From assembly GCA_002167745.1 (NCBI GenBank), contig NHCB01000010.1, positions 30,852-94,851 of the forward strand: a stretch of DNA of 64,000 bases, read 5' to 3'. Position 1 is the first letter of the stretch. Each line of letters starts with the position of its first letter. Of the stretch, positions 58,167 to 64,000 are shown one piece after another. The translations under genes and the position numbers were made by a program. The DNA comes from Betaproteobacteria bacterium TMED22. GTDB lineage: Bacteria > Pseudomonadota > Gammaproteobacteria > Burkholderiales > Eutrophovitaceae. The notes below the pieces were generated by a model. It ran no database searches. It saw nothing but the letters and a program-made list of their open reading frames with translations, and had not been told where the DNA came from.

Positions 58167-59126
58167 ATGCACGATACCCTATCACTTCTTAACACTCAGC
58201 AGTTCCCTGCCATTAGCAGGGAAAAAATTGAAACGGTACAGATCAACCTTGGCTACCGATGTAATCAAGCATGTCTCCACTGCCATGTTAATGCCAGCCC
58301 AGACCGAAAAGAACAAATGTCACGCCATACTATCCGGCAGGTAATTGAATTCATCGATAGGGTCAAGCCAACAGTAGTTGACCTCACTGGAGGTGCGCCC
58401 GAGCTGAATCCGCACTTCAGAGAACTAGTCTCAGAGATACGAGATCGAAGGATCTCAATAATCGACCGATGTAATCTGACAATTCTATTCGAGCCTAAAC
58501 AAGAGGACCTGCACAGCTTCTTATCGCATCATCAGGTGACCATCACGGCCTCACTGCCTTGCTATTCTGAAAGCAACGTCAATTCTCAAAGAGGCGATGG
58601 CGTCTTCAAAAAAAGTATTGACGGATTACGCTTACTTAATGACGTGGGTTACGGTCATGGGGATCCAAACTTACAGCTACATTTGGTTTATAACCCATTA
58701 GGGGCGTCATTACCGCCCCCTCAAGAGGCATTAGAAATTGAGTACAAGGAACATTTGGCCAAAAACTATGGAGTAAAATTTGATACGCTGCTCACAATTA
58801 CTAACATGCCTATTAAACGGTTTGGAAGTACCTTAGTGAGCCGTGGAGAATTTAAAAAATACATGCAGTTATTGAAGGATAACTATAGCGAAGAAAACGT
58901 AAGTTCAGTTATGTGTAAATCATTAGTCTCTATTGACTGGGAAGGTTACTTGTTTGACTGTGACTTTAATCAAATGCTTGGTCTACCCTTAGGAGACTCA
59001 ACACAAAAAACTCACATTCAAGACTTAAATACAGATCGCATTCACGGTAAATCGATTGCGGTCCGGGATCATTGCTTCGGCTGTACTGCTGGACGTGGCT
59101 CAAGCTGCAGCGGGGCTCTTCAGTAA
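58167..59126 (+). CDS. arsS: radical SAM/Cys-rich domain protein, ArsS-like (arsenosugar-type radical SAM family)
   Basis: Radical SAM CxxxCxxC (CNQACLHC, 58261-58284) inside LGYRCNQACLHCHVNASP, and a C-terminal Cys-rich tail CFGCTAGRGSSCSGALQ. Matches my recollection of the TIGR04167-type family. Confidence 0.75.
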   Translation: MHDTLSLLNTQQFPAISREKIETVQINLGYRCNQACLHCHVNASPDRKEQMSRHTIRQVIEFIDRVKPTVVDLTGGAPELNPHFRELVSEIRDRRISIIDRCNLTILFEPKQEDLHSFLSHHQVTITASLPCYSESNVNSQRGDGVFKKSIDGLRLLNDVGYGHGDPNLQLHLVYNPLGASLPPPQEALEIEYKEHLAKNYGVKFDTLLTITNMPIKRFGSTLVSRGEFKKYMQLLKDNYSEENVSSVMCKSLVSIDWEGYLFDCDFNQMLGLPLGDSTQKTHIQDLNTDRIHGKSIAVRDHCFGCTAGRGSSCSGALQ

Positions 59127-59281
59127 AGCCCGAACACATCTCCGTGGAATATTCCAAGGGTATGAAAATCTCGAAACGTGTTCATTCAAAGATGTCTATA
59201 CAGACTTGGTCCGCATAGAATATAGTTTGAATTACCTAACAAATCAGTGACGCAAACTCTATTTATCCAAAAACCTAAAAT

Positions 59282-61459
59282 ATGAACATCACAAACCTCC
59301 AAAAGAAATGGATTAGCTCAATCATTGGGTTTGTAATAGTCGCCATATTATTTATTTTATTTCGGGACACTTTTCTAAATTTTCTCGCGCAATTAAATCT
59401 TGAATTCTTAAAAGAGAACTACTCGGGACTAAGGATTTACTTTAAAAATCATCCGATCGAATCAAGCCTGATATATGTGGCCATATACACCTTAGCTACC
59501 GCTTTATCCATTCCAGGTGCCATAATTTTAACAATCGCCGGAGGAGCTATATTCGGATTATTATGGGGTACAGTTCTAGCATCCTTTTCCTCGACTATTG
59601 GCGCGACTATTGCTTTTTTGATTACGCGCTATTTTTTAAGAAACTCTGTTAGGGCACGCCTGGGAGATAAATTAAAAATAATCAATGACGGAATTAAAAA
59701 AGATGGAGCTTTTTATCTTCTAACACTCAGATTAGTTCCAATTTTCCCTTTCTTCGCAATTAATGTGCTGATGGCATTAACTCCGATTAAGGCCCATACG
59801 TTTTATATCGCTAGTCAAATCGGAATGCTGCTGGGAACAATCATATTTGTGAATGCAGGAACTCAGCTGGCCACGCTTAATTCAGCCGGCGAAATATTAT
59901 CCGTAAACTTAATTATTTCTCTTTGTATCATAGGATTATTTCCGATAACCGCAAAATTTCTATCAGACCTGATTGATAGACGAAGAATCTATACCAACTG
60001 GTCAAAACCAAAAAACTTTGACTATAACCTTATAGTTATTGGGGGAGGCGCCGCTGGACTTGTATCGTCCTACATTGGTGCCGCTGTGCATGCCAAAGTC
60101 GCCCTCATTGAAAAACATAAAATGGGTGGTGATTGCCTCAATACAGGTTGCGTGCCTTCAAAAGCGCTGATCAAAACGGCTCACTTTATTGAGGAAGCAA
60201 GACAATCCAAGAGATTGGGGATCCAAAAAACAGAAATTACCTTTAACTTCTCAGATGTAATGAGACGCGTCCACAGGATCATAAAGAAAATAGAGCCTCA
60301 TGATTCTGTAGAGCGGTATGAAAAACTTGGGGTAACTTGCCTGAAAGGGGATGCGAGAGTGGTATCGCCTTGGACGGTCTCGTACGCAGGCCCTAATGGA
60401 CAACAAGAAATTAGTGCTCGCTCAATCATTATTGCGGCAGGTGCAAGTCCCATAGTGCCGTACTTGCCCAATCTCAATGAAGTCAATTACTCTACATCAG
60501 ACACTATCTGGGATTTAAATGATCTCCCGGATAACTTGATCGTTATCGGAGGTGGTGCGGTCGGTTCGGAATTAGCCCAAGCCTTTCAACGCCTGGGTTC
60601 GGAAGTGATTTTGATTGAGTCCCAAGATCGCATATTACTTAAAGAAGATCCTGAGGTCTCAGAAACAATTAACAACCAACTATCAGATGAAGGCGTAGCA
60701 ATTCTCACCCGCCATCGCGCCAAAGGTTTCATAAAAGAAAAAAATATCCAGACATTAGTCTGCGATAGTCCTAACGGCGAGGTCAAATTGAACTTTGACC
60801 AAGTCCTTTTTGCCATCGGTAGACAAGCTAATATTCAGGGTTATGGCCTCGAGGACATTGAGGCCATAACCATAGAAGATATAGTTTTACCTACTAATGA
60901 ATTTCTTGAAACAAAATTCCCAAATATATATGCATGCGGTGACGTGACGGGCAGGATGCAATTTACTCATGCTGCTGCACACCAAGCATGGTATGCGGCA
61001 GTTAATGCACTTTTCGGTTATTTTAAAAAGTTTACTGTAGATTTTTCATATGTTCCATGGGCCACCTTCACACATCCGCAAGTTGCCCGGGTAGGATTAA
61101 ATGAGAAAGACGCGACGAAAAAAAAGATCGATTATGAGGTGACCACATACGGACTAGACGAATTAGATCGCGCGATTACTGATTCTGAAGATCATGGCTT
61201 CGTGAAAGTCTTAACAAGTCCAAATACAGATCGAATTATTGGGGTAACGATAGTTGGTGAAAACGCGCCAGAGATTATTTCTGAATTTGTACTTGCCATA
61301 AAACATAAACTGGGTCTCAATAAAATTCTCTCCACTACTCATATATATCCCACTTTTTCTGAAGCTAACAAATATGTTTCTGGTGAATGGAAAAGAAAAC
61401 ACGCTTCCAAAACAATATTAAAAATACTCAAAACCTATCATCGCATAATGCGCAAATGA
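59282..61459 (+). CDS. TVP38/TMEM64 (DedA-like) membrane domain fused to a class I pyridine nucleotide-disulfide oxidoreductase
   Basis: N-terminal ~240 aa have 5-6 TM helices with a TVP38-like pattern (RLVPIFPFFAINV). From nt ~60020: IVIGGGAAGL, redox CxxxxC GGDCLNTGCVPSK (60134-60151), a second GGGAVG NAD site, and HIYPTFSE. No C-terminal Cys pair. Confidence 0.8.
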   Translation: MNITNLQKKWISSIIGFVIVAILFILFRDTFLNFLAQLNLEFLKENYSGLRIYFKNHPIESSLIYVAIYTLATALSIPGAIILTIAGGAIFGLLWGTVLASFSSTIGATIAFLITRYFLRNSVRARLGDKLKIINDGIKKDGAFYLLTLRLVPIFPFFAINVLMALTPIKAHTFYIASQIGMLLGTIIFVNAGTQLATLNSAGEILSVNLIISLCIIGLFPITAKFLSDLIDRRRIYTNWSKPKNFDYNLIVIGGGAAGLVSSYIGAAVHAKVALIEKHKMGGDCLNTGCVPSKALIKTAHFIEEARQSKRLGIQKTEITFNFSDVMRRVHRIIKKIEPHDSVERYEKLGVTCLKGDARVVSPWTVSYAGPNGQQEISARSIIIAAGASPIVPYLPNLNEVNYSTSDTIWDLNDLPDNLIVIGGGAVGSELAQAFQRLGSEVILIESQDRILLKEDPEVSETINNQLSDEGVAILTRHRAKGFIKEKNIQTLVCDSPNGEVKLNFDQVLFAIGRQANIQGYGLEDIEAITIEDIVLPTNEFLETKFPNIYACGDVTGRMQFTHAAAHQAWYAAVNALFGYFKKFTVDFSYVPWATFTHPQVARVGLNEKDATKKKIDYEVTTYGLDELDRAITDSEDHGFVKVLTSPNTDRIIGVTIVGENAPEIISEFVLAIKHKLGLNKILSTTHIYPTFSEANKYVSGEWKRKHASKTILKILKTYHRIMRK

Positions 61460-62277
61460 CAAACTCTGCCCATCACGCGAGTCATTACGAAAAATTCACC
61501 CGACTAATAATGGTGGCGGTCAGCCTCCTTACCACGTCAACGGTAAATGCTTTTGACCATTCTCATCACGAATTTAATTTGCTACTCAAAAAATATGTGA
61601 CTTGGGAGTTGAGTGGACACAACAGTACTGTCGATTATTCTGGTTTTAACGAGGATCGGGCAATTATGAGGGACTACTTAGAAAAAATTGCTGCTGTCTC
61701 TGAAAACGAGTTCGAGACATTTAACAAGGAAGAACAGCTGGCGTTTCTCATAAATGTCTATAACGCTTACACCGTCTTCTGGGTGTCACAACATCACGAA
61801 AATATAGACTCTATTAAAGATTTGGGCTCATTATTTAACAGCCCATGGAAACACAAGCGCTTCAGTCTTTTCGGAAACATCGTCAGTTTAGATTTCATAG
61901 AGCATGAACTAATACGAGAAAAAGGACGGTTCGATGAACCGAGAATTCATATGGCTGTGAACTGCGCTTCGATTAGTTGTCCTGCACTGAGACCACACGC
62001 ATATAGACCCTCGACTCTTGATGCGCAACTTCACGATAACACTATCCGATTCCTGTCCGACAATCGTCGCAACCATCTTAAGGATGGGATTTTATACATT
62101 TCGCCGATATTCAAGTGGTACAAGGCTGACTTCGAGCAACGATCTGGGTCGGTACTTGAATGGCTGAGCGCTTACTCATCTCCTTTGAATAAGGACCTCG
62201 ACTTTGTTAACCGTGACAAGATAAAAATTAAATATACACACTACGATTGGTCATTAAATACACGTCGTCGCAAATAG
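61456..62277 (+). CDS. exported DUF547 domain protein
   Basis: DUF547-type motif EPRIHMAVNCASISCPAL. ATG 61456 overlaps the upstream TGA (ATGA) and gives a signal-anchor N-terminus, so it is preferred over 61387. Confidence 0.7.
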   Translation: MTNSAHHASHYEKFTRLIMVAVSLLTTSTVNAFDHSHHEFNLLLKKYVTWELSGHNSTVDYSGFNEDRAIMRDYLEKIAAVSENEFETFNKEEQLAFLINVYNAYTVFWVSQHHENIDSIKDLGSLFNSPWKHKRFSLFGNIVSLDFIEHELIREKGRFDEPRIHMAVNCASISCPALRPHAYRPSTLDAQLHDNTIRFLSDNRRNHLKDGILYISPIFKWYKADFEQRSGSVLEWLSAYSSPLNKDLDFVNRDKIKIKYTHYDWSLNTRRRK

Positions 62278-62288
62278 TACTCTCGGTC

Positions 62289-62975
62289 ATGAATCAAAAA
62301 GTCTCATTATCGGTAATCATCCCTGTGCGTAACGAAGAGGAGCGCCTTCCCATTTTGCTAACTGCGCTTCACAAGCAAAAATCAGCTACGACAGAAATCA
62401 TAGTGATCGATGGGTGTAGCGATGACAACACACTAAACGTCATTTGCCACAAAAAAAATCACGTACTTCATTCAGAGTCCGGCCGAGCCAAACAAATGAA
62501 CGTTGGCGCAAGATATGCTCGAGGAAACTATTTATGGTTCGTACATGCCGACTCTACGATTGACTTTGACTTTGAAACTATTATTGAAACAGCACTACAA
62601 AACCGTAATTGGGGTTGGTTTGACGTACGATTAGATAATCAAAAATTAATATTTCGTGTAATTGAATCGATGATGAACTTTCGAGCAAGAGTCACGCGTA
62701 TTGCTACGGGGGATCAAGGTATTTTTATTCGTAAAGATAATTTTTTAGAACAAGGCCTCTTTCCATCCATTGCATTAATGGAGGATGTCAGTTTTTCAAA
62801 AAAACTTAAGGCTATAGGAAAACCATTCGTAAGCAATATTCGAATAAAGACATCAACTAGACGGTGGGAACACTATGGCCCGATACGTACAATTTTTAAG
62901 ATGTGGAGTTTACGGCTACTATTTTTTTTCGGCGTATCACCAGACTGGCTGAATGACCAGTACAAAAAGTCATGA
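62289..62975 (+). CDS. family-2 glycosyltransferase-like protein (rSAM-associated type)
   Basis: LSVIIPVRNEE N-terminus, DGCSDD (DxD-like) and FVHADS motifs. Start moved to ATG 62289. Confidence 0.7.
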   Translation: MNQKVSLSVIIPVRNEEERLPILLTALHKQKSATTEIIVIDGCSDDNTLNVICHKKNHVLHSESGRAKQMNVGARYARGNYLWFVHADSTIDFDFETIIETALQNRNWGWFDVRLDNQKLIFRVIESMMNFRARVTRIATGDQGIFIRKDNFLEQGLFPSIALMEDVSFSKKLKAIGKPFVSNIRIKTSTRRWEHYGPIRTIFKMWSLRLLFFFGVSPDWLNDQYKKS

Positions 62976-63610
62976 TGAACGACACTAACCAAAAGATAGG
63001 CACATTAATCCAAATATTTACCAGAGCCCCGGTCGAGGGCGAAGTCAAGACAAGACTTATCCCTGAGTTAGGCGCACGTGGGTCGTGTGAACTTCACAAG
63101 CGTATGTCACTTCATATTTTGAACGTCGCGACAAAAGTATCACCTGCAATTGAGATTTGGAGTACGCCAGACATCGATCATCCTTTTTTCACGAGCTTAG
63201 ATTCTAACCCAGCCTTAAAAGTACAAGTTGGCGAATCTTTAGCCGAGCGAATGGCCTCCTCACTCATTCACGGGCTGAAAAAACATAAGAAAGTCGTGCT
63301 AATCGGTTGTGACTGTCCTATCATCGATGAAGAAATCTTGCTTAGGGCTTTTTCGCTTTTAGACAACCATGAATATGTGTTTATCCCTGTTGAGGATGGT
63401 GGATTTTCTTTAATTGGTTCGGTTTCATTCTCATCCTCAATCTTCCAAAAGGTCACATGGGGGAGTAACTTAGTGATGAGACAAGTCAGACATAATTTAA
63501 AAAAAAACCATTATTCATGGGCAGAACTGCCTACACTGTGGGACGTAGATCAATTCGCCGACTTTAAGCGGTTAAATCAGCAAATGCCTAGCGTAACAAC
63601 CGACCTTTAA
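62972..63610 (+). CDS. DUF2064 nucleotidyltransferase-like protein (rSAM-associated type)
   Basis: IFTRAPVEGEVKTRL N-terminus, IGCDCP and EDGGFSLIG motifs typical of DUF2064/CofC-MobA-like proteins. ATGA overlap with the upstream stop. Confidence 0.65.
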   Translation: MMNDTNQKIGTLIQIFTRAPVEGEVKTRLIPELGARGSCELHKRMSLHILNVATKVSPAIEIWSTPDIDHPFFTSLDSNPALKVQVGESLAERMASSLIHGLKKHKKVVLIGCDCPIIDEEILLRAFSLLDNHEYVFIPVEDGGFSLIGSVSFSSSIFQKVTWGSNLVMRQVRHNLKKNHYSWAELPTLWDVDQFADFKRLNQQMPSVTTDL

Positions 63611-63674
63611 CGAGTTAAGTCCGTAATCAATTGATAAATGCACTTACTTCGGCGTGATTGCTAAAAATGACAAA

Positions 63675-64000
63675 ATGAAGACGATCATACTCATCGGCGG
63701 AGGACATAGCCATCTAGAAGCAATTTATCGTTTAGGCGAAGGGTCGTTACTTAACGATTGCAAATTGATATTGATTAGCAGTGAGACACACACCTCATAC
63801 TCAGGGATGATTCCTGGATTAATCTCGGGTCATTACACATTCGAAGAATGTCATATCGATCTTCAAAGATTATGTAACAAATATAACTGTAGCTTTATAC
63901 AACAATCGGTTTCAAAAATCTTACCAACTGAGCAAAAAATACTCACCGAAAGCGAGACTTATCACTACGACCTTGCATCCATCAATACGGGCTCAATCCC
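63675..64000 (+). CDS. FAD-dependent pyridine nucleotide-disulfide oxidoreductase, SelD-N-terminal-type/NDH-II-like, 3' end cut by window edge
   Basis: Not in the ORF track. My translation from ATG 63675 is MKTIILIGGGHSHLEAIYRLG...THTSYSGMIPGLISGHYTFEECHIDLQRL...YDLASINTGSI, open to nt 64000. GGGHSH and YSGM(I/L)PG patterns match my recollection of the TIGR03169 family. Confidence 0.6.
   Translation, partial: MKTIILIGGGHSHLEAIYRLGEGSLLNDCKLILISSETHTSYSGMIPGLISGHYTFEECHIDLQRLCNKYNCSFIQQSVSKILPTEQKILTESETYHYDLASINTGSI

Noticed and set aside
61387-61455. Track start at 61387 for the DUF547 gene, and similar N-terminal extensions at 62247, 20360, 23090, 23079, 15177 and 43885.
   Set aside because: The extensions overlap upstream genes or add residues with no counterpart in the families. 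Downstream ATGs give canonical N-termini, signal peptides, Shine-Dalgarno sequences or ATGA coupling, so the shorter models were adopted.
59282-61459. Calling the TVP38-flavoprotein fusion a mercuric reductase (MerA).
   Set aside because: It has no N-terminal heavy-metal-binding domain and no C-terminal Cys-Cys pair, and the window has no merR/merT/merP. Only the generic CxxxxC disulfide-reductase core is present.
1-64000. Searched by eye for rRNA, tRNA, CRISPR arrays, IS/transposase, integrase, phage or toxin-antitoxin and defence-system genes.
   Set aside because: Every spacer longer than ~100 bp was read. None has tRNA-like GC-rich cloverleaf segments or regularly spaced repeats, and no ORF shows DDE transposase, tyrosine recombinase or typical defence ATPase/nuclease hallmarks. 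This was manual inspection only; tRNAscan/Infernal and IS databases were not run.

Overview
This is a 64-kb, gene-dense chromosomal window with about 65 protein-coding genes on both strands. It looks gammaproteobacterial: greB, mog, a divergent pmbA/yjgA pair and an emrRAB-type operon are arranged as in E. coli, and the sequence appears moderately AT-rich by eye (not computed). I found no rRNA, tRNA, CRISPR array, transposase, integrase or phage genes. Most of the window is housekeeping or accessory metabolism. This includes glycolate oxidase glcE (5'-truncated) and glcF; an IlvD/Edd dehydratase with an RraA-type aldolase and a binding protein; and a NarL-type two-component system beside a TonB-dependent receptor. 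It also includes queG, metY, a glutathione/peroxide cluster (Prx5, two GSTs, gor, ridA), a MarR-EmrA-EmrB efflux operon, ilvA-type threonine dehydratase, DAHP synthase, several MFS/DMT transporters, SDRs and serine hydrolases. The stand-out region is 57.5-64.0 kb. It holds a co-directional, partly translationally coupled operon running off the window edge: an ArsS-like radical SAM/Cys-rich protein, a TVP38/TMEM64 membrane domain fused to a CxxxxC flavoprotein disulfide reductase, an exported DUF547 protein, a GT2-like transferase, a DUF2064 nucleotidyltransferase-like protein, and a truncated SelD-N-terminal-type flavoprotein that is missing from the ORF track. A divergent SRPBCC + lipoprotein pair sits upstream. 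No arsenite methyltransferase or ars genes are in the window, and most of these families have no demonstrated biochemistry, so this is the best candidate for an undescribed system. Secondary observations are a DnaQ-exonuclease/GIY-YIG fusion, several perfect palindromes and tandem repeats in divergent promoter regions, an unusually gene-poor ~950-bp stretch with a stop-riddled gene remnant, and a 54-bp convergent gene overlap. All family calls come from motif and pattern recognition by eye. No searches were run.
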